From a virus (Duplodnaviria > Caudoviricetes), in the IMG/VR virus record IMGVR_UViG_3300017655_000014, positions 1 through 37,070 of that record: DNA of 37,070 nucleotides; one strand, 5' to 3'. Each line of letters starts with the position of its first letter. Within the stretch, counting starts at the first letter, position 1. Below, in pieces: positions 1 through 8,121 of this stretch. The notes under the pieces are model-generated. The model saw only the letters and a list, made by a program, of their open reading frames with translations. It did no database searches and was not told where the DNA came from. The position numbers and the translations under genes are program-made.

Positions 1-123
1 ACACGAAATCATGTGGGTGCATCAAGGGCGAGGCACGCGCCACACATCGCGGCAAGGGAACACGCGAACACAATTCCTGGTGCGCCATGAAGCAACGATG
101 CAACTACCCAAAGCATTGGCAGT
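1..123. repeat. Terminal direct repeat, left copy (circular overlap)
   Basis: Bases 1-123 (ACACGAAATC...CATTGGCAGT) are identical to 36948-37070; the ORF starting at 36779 continues in frame through the junction into 87..440. Confidence 0.95.
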
Positions 124-440
124 ATTCGATCTATGGTGGCCGGGGCATCAGTGTTTGCGCGAGATGGGAAAACTCATTCGAGGCGTTCCTGGCCGACATG
201 GGGCCACGCCCGGACGGAATGACGATAGAGCGCATCGACACGGAGGGAAATTACGAACCGGGGAACTGCAGATGGGCCACGATGGCGGAGCAAAATCGCA
301 ACCGGCGCAACACCATTCTTATCGAACGCCATGGACGGACGATGTGCGTCAAGGACTGGTGTGATGAGCTGGGCATCAAGCCGGATGTAGTGTATGGCCG
401 CATTCGGCGCGGCGTCTCGCCACTGGAGGCGCTGGAATGA
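1..440 (+). CDS. HNH endonuclease, C-terminal part (gene starts at 36779 across the circular junction; about 202 aa in total)
   Basis: MKQRC...YGGRGISVCARW..SFEAFLADMG.RP..MTIERID..GNYEPGNCRWAT..EQNRNRR is typical of free-standing phage HNH endonucleases. Confidence 0.85.
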   Translation, partial: TKSCGCIKGEARATHRGKGTREHNSWCAMKQRCNYPKHWQYSIYGGRGISVCARWENSFEAFLADMGPRPDGMTIERIDTEGNYEPGNCRWATMAEQNRNRRNTILIERHGRTMCVKDWCDELGIKPDVVYGRIRRGVSPLEALE

Positions 441-898
441 TAGTGCTAACCCTACCTTTTCCGGTAAGCGCCAATGCATACTGGCGCACCACTGCTCGAG
501 GTGGCCGAGCCATTACCTACGTGAGTGCCGAAGCGAAGGAGTACAAGCACCAAGTGGCGCATCTGGCCAAAGCCGCCGGCGTGTGTAAGCCGATCACCGG
601 CCGGGTGCAGATCGGTATCACGCTGTACCCGCGCCGGCCCCAGGACTGGCAGACGCGCATGCGCAAGCACGGCGTGGCGTGGGACGACACCGTGCAGTGC
701 CTGGACCTCGACAACGCGCAGAAAGTGTTGCTCGACTCGCTCAAAGGAATCGCATTCGGCGATGACAAGTGGGTGCGCAAGATCGACGCCGAGCGCGCAG
801 AGCCTGACGCCCAGGGCGCCCGGGTGGTGGTGACCGTGACGCCGCTGCAGGTCGAGACACCCCAGCTGGGTCTGATAACTGAGGAGGCCACATGTTGA
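437..898 (+). CDS. rusA: RusA-family Holliday junction resolvase
   Basis: LTLPFPVSANAYWR N-terminus and the DLDNAQKVLLDSL...DDKWV catalytic motif; ATGA overlap with the upstream gene. Confidence 0.88.
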   Translation: MIVLTLPFPVSANAYWRTTARGGRAITYVSAEAKEYKHQVAHLAKAAGVCKPITGRVQIGITLYPRRPQDWQTRMRKHGVAWDDTVQCLDLDNAQKVLLDSLKGIAFGDDKWVRKIDAERAEPDAQGARVVVTVTPLQVETPQLGLITEEATC

Positions 899-1218
899 GC
901 CAGCGAATTCTGTCCTTCATGCGTCCTAACGTCGCATACTCGCCGTTTGAAATCGAGACAAAGGTTCTCGCAAAAAATGTCCTGATGCTGCGCGCTGCGC
1001 TGAATGACTTGATCGAAGCGGGAGAGATTCGACGCGAGGGGCGCGGCCATCTTACGGCCTACATTCGCTGCAAGGATGGGGTTGCGTATGAGGGCGAGAT
1101 CGTGCAGCCGAGGGTTGTCGACGTCATGAGCCGGCCGGCGTATCGGCCCGGGCCGGAATGGAACCGGATCGACGAGCGGATCGCCGACTTCCGGCGGATC
1201 CCGAGCAGGGGCGTATGA
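892..1218 (+). CDS. Hypothetical protein (possible winged-helix N-terminus)
   Basis: GAGGAGG RBS, overlapping start/stop on both sides; LRAALNDLIEAGEIRREG resembles a wHTH wing. Confidence 0.6.
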   Translation: MLSQRILSFMRPNVAYSPFEIETKVLAKNVLMLRAALNDLIEAGEIRREGRGHLTAYIRCKDGVAYEGEIVQPRVVDVMSRPAYRPGPEWNRIDERIADFRRIPSRGV

Positions 1219-1460
1219 CGAAGGGCGATGATCTGGTTGTCGACTGGTTCAGGCTGTTGGTCCAGCTCAAGGACGTCGGCTACACGTCATACGCAGTCAG
1301 CCACTTTACCGGCATTCCGAAAAGCACCCTCATGTCGTACAAGCAGGGAACGCAGCCCAGTCATCAGCATGGCGAGCGGCTGCTGAAATTCTGGGGCGAG
1401 GCCATCGGGGCACCGGTGGCGACAGCTCCGCGCATCAGCCGCTTTTCCCACAAGGCGTGA
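1215..1460 (+). CDS. HTH DNA-binding protein, candidate late-gene activator
   Basis: ATG at 1215 (ATGA coupling); SYAVSHFTGIPKSTLMSYKQG is HTH-like; it is the last early gene and its stop abuts the first late-promoter box. Confidence 0.65.
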   Translation: MTKGDDLVVDWFRLLVQLKDVGYTSYAVSHFTGIPKSTLMSYKQGTQPSHQHGERLLKFWGEAIGAPVATAPRISRFSHKA

Positions 1461-1497
1461 AATAGTCGAGATTTCGACCAGGCGGCTGACAGACAAT
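1460..1497 (+). promoter_or_regulatory. Putative late promoter 1 (activator box plus -10-like hexamer)
   Basis: AAATAGTCGAGATTTCGACC (1460-1479), 12-nt spacer, GACAAT (1492-1497); identical boxes at 5930 and 19958. Confidence 0.75.
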
Positions 1498-1535
1498 CCG
1501 CGTGATCCCACATCAATTACCCCCAGGAGTTCGCA

Positions 1536-1883
1536 ATGGCTCGACCGAAAAAAATCCAGGTTCCAGGAGCATCCCAGCCCGTGGTCAATGACAATTCCGG
1601 CGATCCGGGCGCCGCGGATCAGAAACCGCTCGAGGAGCCGGGTAGCGTGCCGGGCGCGGAATCCATCGCCGAGATCGAGGCGCGCATCAGGGCGGAAGTC
1701 GAGGCACAGGTACGGCAGGAACTCATGGCGAAGGCCAAAGGGATGCCTGCAGATCAGGAAGCCGCCCCCGTCCGGCATGGCCGGTACAGCACGATGCGCG
1801 CCAGCGAGGTCGACCCCACCACCTTGACCGCCCCTGTGCTGACTGCCGACGGCTACGTCATGCCGCGAGCGAAGGGGGAGTAG
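1536..1883 (+). CDS. Hypothetical protein, first gene of late operon
   Basis: AGGAG RBS; 115-aa ORF with phage-like codon use. Confidence 0.7.
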   Translation: MARPKKIQVPGASQPVVNDNSGDPGAADQKPLEEPGSVPGAESIAEIEARIRAEVEAQVRQELMAKAKGMPADQEAAPVRHGRYSTMRASEVDPTTLTAPVLTADGYVMPRAKGE

Positions 1884-1886
1884 GGC

Positions 1887-2102
1887 ATGTGCGGCGGCCC
1901 CTCTCTCCCTCCCGCAACGGATCCACGCGCCGAGCGCGAGCGTGCCGAAGCGGAAGCAACCGCCGCGGCCAACGCCAAGGCGGCCGAGGCCCGGCGTGCT
2001 AAGCGCAACCAGTCCCTGCTAGCCGCCGGCGCCCAGGGCTCCACCGCGGCCGCGAATGCCAGCACCGTGCTGGCCATGGGCAAGGATAAGCTGGGAGGCT
2101 GA
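1887..2102 (+). CDS. Small Ala-rich virion/assembly protein preceding the portal
   Basis: MCGG start, Ala-rich, ends K..LGG; its position matches the small pre-portal genes of T7-like and BPP-1-like phages. Confidence 0.65.
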   Translation: MCGGPSLPPATDPRAERERAEAEATAAANAKAAEARRAKRNQSLLAAGAQGSTAAANASTVLAMGKDKLGG

Positions 2103-2103
2103 A

Positions 2104-3708
2104 TTGTCCGATCACATCGCGGAAAAACTGACCCGCCGGCTGAACGTGCTCAAGGCGCTTCGCACTCCGCATGAAACCGTATGGCAGGACTGCTTCGACT
2201 ATTCGTTCCCCGAGCGCGGGAGTGGCTTTTTCGATGAGCATGACGACTCCGCGACGCTGCAAGCAAAGCGCGCCCAGCTGCTGGACTCGACCAGCACCGA
2301 CGCCGGGGAAATCCTGGCATCCGCCGTCATGTCTGGCGGGTCGCCGAGTAATTCCCGCTGGTTCGGCCTGACCACCGGCGGCGAGTCCCAGGCAGAGCGC
2401 ACCTGGCTGGATGATGCGGCCGAAATGGTATGGCTGAACATTCACGGCTCGAATTACGACGCCGAGGCGATGGACTGCTGCCTGGATCTGATTGCGGCCG
2501 GCTGGTTCGTGCTGTTTATCGCCGAGGGCGAGGAAACCGCATACAAGTTCGAGGCCTGGCCGATGTCACAGTGCTATGTGTCGGCTTCGACGCCAGGCGG
2601 GCAGCCCGACCAGTTGATCCGCGAATTCCAGCTCACCGTAGAGCAAGCGATCACCACCTATGGCGAGCACATGGTGAGCCAGAAGCTGCGCGACCTGATG
2701 GGTAACGGCAAGCGCGACGAGAAGGTGCGTTTTATCCAATGCATCGAGCCGCGATCCAAGTACGCCAGCGCCGGCCTGCGCAGCGTGAATATGCCGTTTT
2801 CATCGATCCACATCGAATGCGATCAGAAGAAGGTCGTGCGCGAGTCCGGTTTCCATGAGCTGCCGTTCGTCGTGCCGCGCTGGGCAAAAATCCCCTGCAG
2901 CGACTACGCCATCGGCCCGATGTTTCGCGCGTTGCCCGACATCAAGCAGCTGAACCGCCTGGTGAAAATGGAGGATGCCAACATCGAGCTGGCTGTCACC
3001 GGCATGTGGATTGCCGAGGATGACGGCGTGCTCAACCCGCGGACGGTCAGGGTCGGGCCGCGCAAGATCATCGTCGCCAACAGCGTGGACAGCATGAAGG
3101 AATTGAAGTCCGGCGCCGATTTCAATGTCTCGTTCACCAAAAAGGACCAGCTGCAGGCGGCGATCCGGCGCATCCTGCGCGCGGACCAGCTGGCCCCGCA
3201 GGATGGCCCTGTGCGCACTGCGTACGAGATCAGCGTGCGCGTGCAGCAGATCAGGCAGCTGCTGGGCCCGATCTATGGCCGGCTGCAGGCCGAATGGTAT
3301 TCCCCGATGGTCCGCCGCTGCTTTGGTATCGCATACCGCGCCGGCGCGCTTGGCACGCCCCCTGAGTCCCTGGCTGGGCGCATGGCGAACGTGACGTTCC
3401 AATCCCCAATGGCCAAGGCCCAGAAGCTCGAGGAGGTGACGGCAGTGGAGACCACCCTGATGACGGTGGGGCAACTGGCGGCGGCCAAGCAGGATCCGGC
3501 CATCTGGGACACCGTCGACGTCGAGGAAAGTGTGCGCATCATCATCGACGGCCGCGGTGCGCCGGCGCGTATTGGCAGGTCCGACGATGACATCGAGGCC
3601 ATTCGTGCGGCCAGGGAAGAAGCAGCACAGGAGGCAAACAGCCAGACACAGCAGCAGGCCATGGCGCAGCCGGTGATGGAGCAAATGGCAAGGAACATGG
3701 CGACATGA
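2104..3708 (+). CDS. Portal (head-tail connector, T7 gp8-like)
   Basis: TTG start with GGAGG RBS; motifs WFGL, ESGFHELPFVVPRW...YAIGPM..ALPDIKQLN, RTAYEI...LLGPIYGRLQAE, FQSPMAKAQK. Confidence 0.92.
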   Translation: MSDHIAEKLTRRLNVLKALRTPHETVWQDCFDYSFPERGSGFFDEHDDSATLQAKRAQLLDSTSTDAGEILASAVMSGGSPSNSRWFGLTTGGESQAERTWLDDAAEMVWLNIHGSNYDAEAMDCCLDLIAAGWFVLFIAEGEETAYKFEAWPMSQCYVSASTPGGQPDQLIREFQLTVEQAITTYGEHMVSQKLRDLMGNGKRDEKVRFIQCIEPRSKYASAGLRSVNMPFSSIHIECDQKKVVRESGFHELPFVVPRWAKIPCSDYAIGPMFRALPDIKQLNRLVKMEDANIELAVTGMWIAEDDGVLNPRTVRVGPRKIIVANSVDSMKELKSGADFNVSFTKKDQLQAAIRRILRADQLAPQDGPVRTAYEISVRVQQIRQLLGPIYGRLQAEWYSPMVRRCFGIAYRAGALGTPPESLAGRMANVTFQSPMAKAQKLEEVTAVETTLMTVGQLAAAKQDPAIWDTVDVEESVRIIIDGRGAPARIGRSDDDIEAIRAAREEAAQEANSQTQQQAMAQPVMEQMARNMAT

Positions 3709-3938
3709 GCAAGGTAACCCCAGCGACGTACAAGGAGATTTTCGAGGATGACCGGCGCGGCGCCGCCATCTTCGAAGACCTTACCCAACGCTTTGCGCGG
3801 CCGGCCGTCACCACCGGCGGCATTGACGCCGTGCTGCAAACCTATCACCGCGACGGCATGCGCCGCGTGGTCGAGTTCATCGTGTCCCAGATCAACCGAG
3901 CAAATGGCGTCGATGTGAACGCGGAGAGTGAAGCATGA
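3705..3938 (+). CDS. Conserved small protein after portal (BPP-1 Bbp19-like)
   Basis: YKEIF....G..IFEDL..RF...T.HRDG.R.VV.FI pattern; ATGA coupling. Confidence 0.65.
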   Translation: MSKVTPATYKEIFEDDRRGAAIFEDLTQRFARPAVTTGGIDAVLQTYHRDGMRRVVEFIVSQINRANGVDVNAESEA

Positions 3939-4173
3939 GCATGATTTCTGATCTGACCCCGGATGGGTACTTGGTGTCGATAGCGCCCAACGGCGCGCGC
4001 GTCATCGATCACGGGCCGAGCACCGGGGAGCAGGTGCTGGACCTGGGGGCTGGCGAAATCCACAAAATCATTGTCAACGATGATATCGAGCTGGTGTTCG
4101 GCGATTGGCCGATTTTGTGTTTTTCTGGACGCTCGACGGTGGCACGACGGTGTTCGGGAAGGTGATCCGGTGA
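3935..4173 (+). pseudogene. Frameshifted, internally deleted small beta-sandwich (tail-fibre-associated type) gene
   Basis: Frame 1 encodes ...VLDLGAGEIHKIIVNDDIELVFGDWP; the -1 frame from 4111 encodes DFVFFWTLDGGTTVFGKVIR*, the typical C-terminus of such domains, and its TGA (4171-4173) overlaps the next GTG start. Confidence 0.55.
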
Positions 4174-5021
4174 CAACCCTGGGCCTGTTCCGGTTTGCGG
4201 CTCTTGGAAGTGCCGCACCCGTCGTGATCGATCCTGACGCCACGGCATTTCTGAGTGCGGCCGGAATCACTGATCCGACGGTGTCCACAGCCGTGCATAA
4301 GCTGGCAGATGGAATGAAAAAGGCCGGCGTGTGGAATTTGATGCAGGCCATCTACCCGATGGCCGGCGGCACGGCGGCAACGCATAAATGGAATCTGAAA
4401 GACCCGCGAGACGTCAATGCCGCATTCAGATTGTTGTTTAACGGTGTGTGGACACATTCGGCAACCGGCGCCAAGCCCAACGGAGCTGCGGCAAGCTATG
4501 CAAACCCGTTTTACAACATGTCGGTGAATTCGCTGCAAAACGATTTTCACATGTCCTATTACGCCCGCACGGCGCTGACCCTCACAGGGGTGCCAGCATT
4601 CCTAATGGGGTGGTACAACACGACCTCCTACGCCACCGAGTTGAGAGCACATGTGTACCCGCCGAACAGCGGATTCTTAACGCGCGTAAATACCAGCCAC
4701 ACAGGAGCATATGCTGGCATGCCTAAGGTCACGCTGGATAACCGCGCTTTTGTTATCGGTTCAAGAACATCATCCACCGAGACCAGTATTTATGTTGATG
4801 GTGTGTTGGGATCGACGGATAGCTCAGCTTCCATTGCGCCAGCCAACGGTCAAATATTTATCGGCGCTCGCAATACCAATCCTATCGGGACCTCGGATTA
4901 TCCGACCACTCAAGAGTGCGCCTTCGCATCGATCGGGCGTGGGCTGAACGGAACCCAGGCGGCGGCGCTGCACAACCTTGTGACTGCTTTCAACACGGCG
5001 CTGGGCCGCGCCATTCAATAA
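4170..5021 (+). CDS. Concanavalin A/LamG-like putative virion accessory protein
   Basis: GTG start coupled to the upstream TGA; DPDATAFLSAAGIT...AIYPMAGGTAATHKWNLKDPRD..AFRLLFNG.WTHS and IYVDGVL...IFIGARN...CAFASIG.GL motifs; lower GC3 than the flanking genes. Confidence 0.65.
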   Translation: MTTLGLFRFAALGSAAPVVIDPDATAFLSAAGITDPTVSTAVHKLADGMKKAGVWNLMQAIYPMAGGTAATHKWNLKDPRDVNAAFRLLFNGVWTHSATGAKPNGAAASYANPFYNMSVNSLQNDFHMSYYARTALTLTGVPAFLMGWYNTTSYATELRAHVYPPNSGFLTRVNTSHTGAYAGMPKVTLDNRAFVIGSRTSSTETSIYVDGVLGSTDSSASIAPANGQIFIGARNTNPIGTSDYPTTQECAFASIGRGLNGTQAAALHNLVTAFNTALGRAIQ

Positions 5022-5032
5022 AGGAGAACCGA

Positions 5033-5878
5033 ATGTTCAAGAAATATCCGTACATGGATGCCGCAACTGGTGACGAAGGGGCCGGCGGTGGCGCCGGCGG
5101 CACGCCTACCGCGCCTACCGAACCAGCGGGTGCCGCTGGTACCGCAGCCGGGACTGTCCTGGCGGCCGGCATTGAAGGAGCGACCTTTGACTATATTCCG
5201 GAGAAATACCACGTCAACAAGGAAGATGGATCCTTTGACCTGGCGGCATCGTCGCGAAAGCTCGCAGAGGCCTACACCAACGCCGAAAAGCAAATCGGCG
5301 CCGACAAGCTGCCGCCACAGACCCCCACCGACTACAAGGTAACTGTCCCGGACGCCCTGAAGGAAGCTTTCGACGTCGAGGGCGACGAGGGCCTGCAGGG
5401 CTTCCTAAAAGATGCGCATGCCGCCGGCATGTCCCAGAAGCAGCTCGACCTGGTGCTCGGGAAGTACTTCGATATGGCGCCCAAGCTGGCCGAGGGTGCC
5501 GCGCAGTACAACACGGAAACCGCGTCCCAGGAACTGCGCAAGGTCTGGCAGAACGATGCCGAATTCAACGCCAAGGTACGCGATGCGGCCACCGGCGCGA
5601 CAGCCATCGCCGCCAAGGCAGGAATCGGGGTCGAGGAGATCATGAACGGCCCACTGGGCAACAACCCGCAGTTCCTGCGCTTAATGGCCGCCATCGGGCC
5701 AGAGTTCAAGGAAGACACGGGCCCGGCGCCGGCGGCATCCCAGGGCGCTGGCGACAACGAGATCAATAGCCTGCTGCTGTCCGAGGCCTATACCAACCCG
5801 AGGCATGCCGACCATGCCCGCGTCAGCGCCCAGGTGAAAGCCTTCTTCGACAAGAAATACGGCAACGAGTCGGTCTGA
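5033..5878 (+). CDS. Capsid scaffolding protein
   Basis: AAGGAG RBS; Gly/Ala-rich N-terminus, IPEKY...Y.NAEK.IG, acidic helical body, AY.NP.H.DH..V...V C-terminus; lies immediately upstream of the MCP. Confidence 0.75.
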   Translation: MFKKYPYMDAATGDEGAGGGAGGTPTAPTEPAGAAGTAAGTVLAAGIEGATFDYIPEKYHVNKEDGSFDLAASSRKLAEAYTNAEKQIGADKLPPQTPTDYKVTVPDALKEAFDVEGDEGLQGFLKDAHAAGMSQKQLDLVLGKYFDMAPKLAEGAAQYNTETASQELRKVWQNDAEFNAKVRDAATGATAIAAKAGIGVEEIMNGPLGNNPQFLRLMAAIGPEFKEDTGPAPAASQGAGDNEINSLLLSEAYTNPRHADHARVSAQVKAFFDKKYGNESV

Positions 5879-5895
5879 TCCGACCGAGCCCTGTC

Positions 5896-5921
5896 AAGCC
5901 CCGCCGCGTGCGGGGTTTTTT
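5896..5921 (+). terminator. Rho-independent terminator after scaffold gene
   Basis: AAGCCCCGC-cgcgt-GCGGGGTTT stem followed by a T run. Confidence 0.8.
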
Positions 5922-5929
5922 GTGGGTGC

Positions 5930-5967
5930 AAATAGTCGAGATTTCGACCAGCGACCCGTTGCATTAT
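5930..5967 (+). promoter_or_regulatory. Putative late promoter 2 (capsid operon)
   Basis: AAATAGTCGAGATTTCGACC (5930-5949), 12-nt spacer, CATTAT (5962-5967), placed right after a terminator. Confidence 0.75.
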
Positions 5968-5972
5968 CTCCG

Positions 5973-6080
5973 CGTTGGCCCGAGTGGCGTCGGATACCCA
6001 GCGAGGATGCTTAGCCCGCAATGCCCCACGGTAGCCGGTGGCGCAAGCGAAATGACAGGCCCGTTTTGGCGGACACCCTG
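5973..6080 (+). ncRNA. Candidate structured cis-regulatory RNA in capsid mRNA leader (twin hairpins)
   Basis: CGTTGG-C-CCGA-gtggcg-TCGG-ATAC-CCAGCG (5973-6003) and CAGG-C-CCG-ttttgg-CGG-ACAC-CCTG (6056-6080) share the same 1x4 internal loop. Confidence 0.5.
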
Positions 6081-6122
6081 AAAGGCGATTGAGGAACGAA
6101 TTAATTTACTTTCGGAGGATGT

Positions 6123-6989
6123 ATGCCGCAAACCATTACCCAGGCGTTTGTCGAACAGTTCGACAACACCATCCGGCTGCACGCGCAGCAACGAACCTCG
6201 CGCTTCGAGTCGCGCGTGGTCGGTCGTGGAACCATCGTCGGCGAGTCGTTCACTGCGAACCGCTTGGGCGCCGCCGAGGACACCCCGGAAAACAACGTGC
6301 GCCACGGTGACACCGTGTGGAGCGACATCGAGCACTCCACCCGCGTGGGCATCATGAAGGACTTCTACCAGGCGCTGCCGGTGGACCGCGCCGATGAACC
6401 CAAGGTGCTGGCCAATCCGACCGGCAGCTACATGGACTCGCTGCTGGCGGCCTGGAATCGCCGCAAGGACTCGCTGATTCTGCAGGCGATGCTGGGCGGT
6501 TCGCAAACAAAAGAGGGTTCGCTGATTCAACTGCCTGCAGAGCAGAAGATTCTGGCAAATGCGCAGGGGCTTACCAAGGCCAAGCTGATCACCGCGAAGA
6601 AAATCTTCCGAGCCAACGAGGCCGACGAGGTGGCGGATACGCCTCAGAAGCTGCATATCGCCTACACGTCCGACATGCTGGAAGACATCCTCGCGGACAC
6701 CACCTTGACCAATGCTGACTTTATGGCGGTCAGGATGCTCCAAGAGGGTGCCGTCGATGGCAAGTGGCTGGGCTTTGAATGGGTGCCCTACGAGCGTGTG
6801 CTGAAGAACGGAAACACGTTCATCACCGCCGCCTGGGCGGGTGACGCCGTGCACTTCGGCACAGGCTTCTTCGAGGGCAAGGCCCAGCGCCGCGCCGACA
6901 AGAAGGACACGATGCAGGTATCCGCCGCTGGCTCCGTGGGTGCCGTGCGGGTTTGGGAATACGGCGTTGTCCATCTCGAATTCGTTTAA
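6123..6989 (+). CDS. Major capsid protein
   Basis: GGAGG RBS; ITQAFVEQF...HAQQ..SR, AAWNRRKD..I..A, T..DF.....L..G.V..WLGFEW, GAVR...GVV motifs of BPP-1-type capsids. Confidence 0.88.
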   Translation: MPQTITQAFVEQFDNTIRLHAQQRTSRFESRVVGRGTIVGESFTANRLGAAEDTPENNVRHGDTVWSDIEHSTRVGIMKDFYQALPVDRADEPKVLANPTGSYMDSLLAAWNRRKDSLILQAMLGGSQTKEGSLIQLPAEQKILANAQGLTKAKLITAKKIFRANEADEVADTPQKLHIAYTSDMLEDILADTTLTNADFMAVRMLQEGAVDGKWLGFEWVPYERVLKNGNTFITAAWAGDAVHFGTGFFEGKAQRRADKKDTMQVSAAGSVGAVRVWEYGVVHLEFV

Positions 6990-7015
6990 TCGAACCACAT
7001 CAAGGAGTACCAACC

Positions 7016-7471
7016 ATGGCTGAAGTAAACACCACCCAAGCCGCCAAGGTGCTGGCAAACCAGAAGATTCTCCCGTACGAATCTTTTGGCCGAGTCCGCA
7101 TCCTGGCAGCGAAGCTGCCGGCGACCCATGCCGAGCTGGCAATCAATGACACGATCTTCATCGGCCGGATCCCGGGCGGGTCTCGCATCCTGATCAACAA
7201 CAAGGTCAGCTGCGCCTCCGGCACCGCCAGCTCCACGCTCGACATCGGCTTGCGCAAGACCAGCGACGGCACCGTGATCGACGCCAACGGCATTGCTTCT
7301 TCCGTCAATACGGCGGCGGCAGGGCATAAGGATGCCAACAACGGCGAGCTGATCGCGAGCGGTGCCGAGTACGTGACCACCGAGGAGGTGGACGTGTACG
7401 CCACGGTGACAGGTGCGGTTTTGGCGGCCAATCAGGCGCTGCGCTTCGAGATTCAGTACGTGGCCGACTAA
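7016..7471 (+). CDS. Capsid cement/decoration protein
   Basis: AAGGAG RBS; 151-aa beta-rich protein directly after the MCP and before a terminator. Confidence 0.7.
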   Translation: MAEVNTTQAAKVLANQKILPYESFGRVRILAAKLPATHAELAINDTIFIGRIPGGSRILINNKVSCASGTASSTLDIGLRKTSDGTVIDANGIASSVNTAAAGHKDANNGELIASGAEYVTTEEVDVYATVTGAVLAANQALRFEIQYVAD

Positions 7472-7508
7472 GCATTTGCTGTGCCTCTCCTCCCTCGCAA
7501 GGGGGCTT

Positions 7509-7538
7509 GCCGGAGCCTTGCGCTCCGGCTTTTTATTT
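7509..7538 (+). terminator. Rho-independent terminator after capsid genes
   Basis: GCCGGAGC-cttgc-GCTCCGGC-TTTTTATTT; preceded by a small CCTC-GCAA-GGGG GNRA hairpin. Confidence 0.85.
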
Positions 7539-7546
7539 GGGTGCGA

Positions 7547-8113
7547 ATGATGGCGACGTCCGTATCGATTTGTTCCAATGCGCTGCAGATGCTGGGCGCC
7601 AAGTCCTTCAGCTCGTTTGACGAGCCGAGGGACCACGTGCGCTCGGCGGCCAACCTTTACCCGAGCTTGCGGGATACCGTGCTGCGCGCGCACACGTGGA
7701 ATTGCGCGACCAGGCGCGTGATCCTGGCTCCCATGGTCGAGCCGCCCCCGTTCGACTTTCGCCAGCAGTTCCAGCTCCCCGGCGATTGGCTGCGCACGAT
7801 CCAGGTCGGCACGCGCGACAGGCCCGTGCGATACCAGTCCGAGGGCCAGCGCATCCTGGCCGACGTCGATCAGCTGCCGCTTGTCTACATCTTCCGCAAT
7901 GACGTCGAGGCGACGTGGAGCACGAACCTGATCAGCGTCATGGAATTGGCCATGGCGGCCGCCTTGGCCTACACCGTTACCGCGTCGGTCAGCCTGCGGG
8001 ATAGCTACCGGGATGAGTTCGCGCGGCAGCTCAAGGTCGCCAAGGCGATCGACGGCCAGGACGATCCGCCGGAGGAATTCAGCTCTGGCGGCTTCTATGA
8101 ATCCCGATTCTAG
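7547..8113 (+). CDS. Tail tubular protein A / adaptor (T7 gp11-like)
   Basis: SVSICSNAL..LG...Y...RD.VLR.H.WN.A...FQLP.DWLR motif; about 188 aa; synteny. Confidence 0.8.
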   Translation: MMATSVSICSNALQMLGAKSFSSFDEPRDHVRSAANLYPSLRDTVLRAHTWNCATRRVILAPMVEPPPFDFRQQFQLPGDWLRTIQVGTRDRPVRYQSEGQRILADVDQLPLVYIFRNDVEATWSTNLISVMELAMAAALAYTVTASVSLRDSYRDEFARQLKVAKAIDGQDDPPEEFSSGGFYESRF

Positions 8114-8121
8114 GAATTGAC

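Noticed and set aside
4105-4130. Programmed -1 frameshift joining the two fragments at 3935-4173
   Set aside because: There is no canonical X XXY YYZ heptamer in the right frame, and the fused product would still appear to lack the domain's middle; a deletion is more likely.
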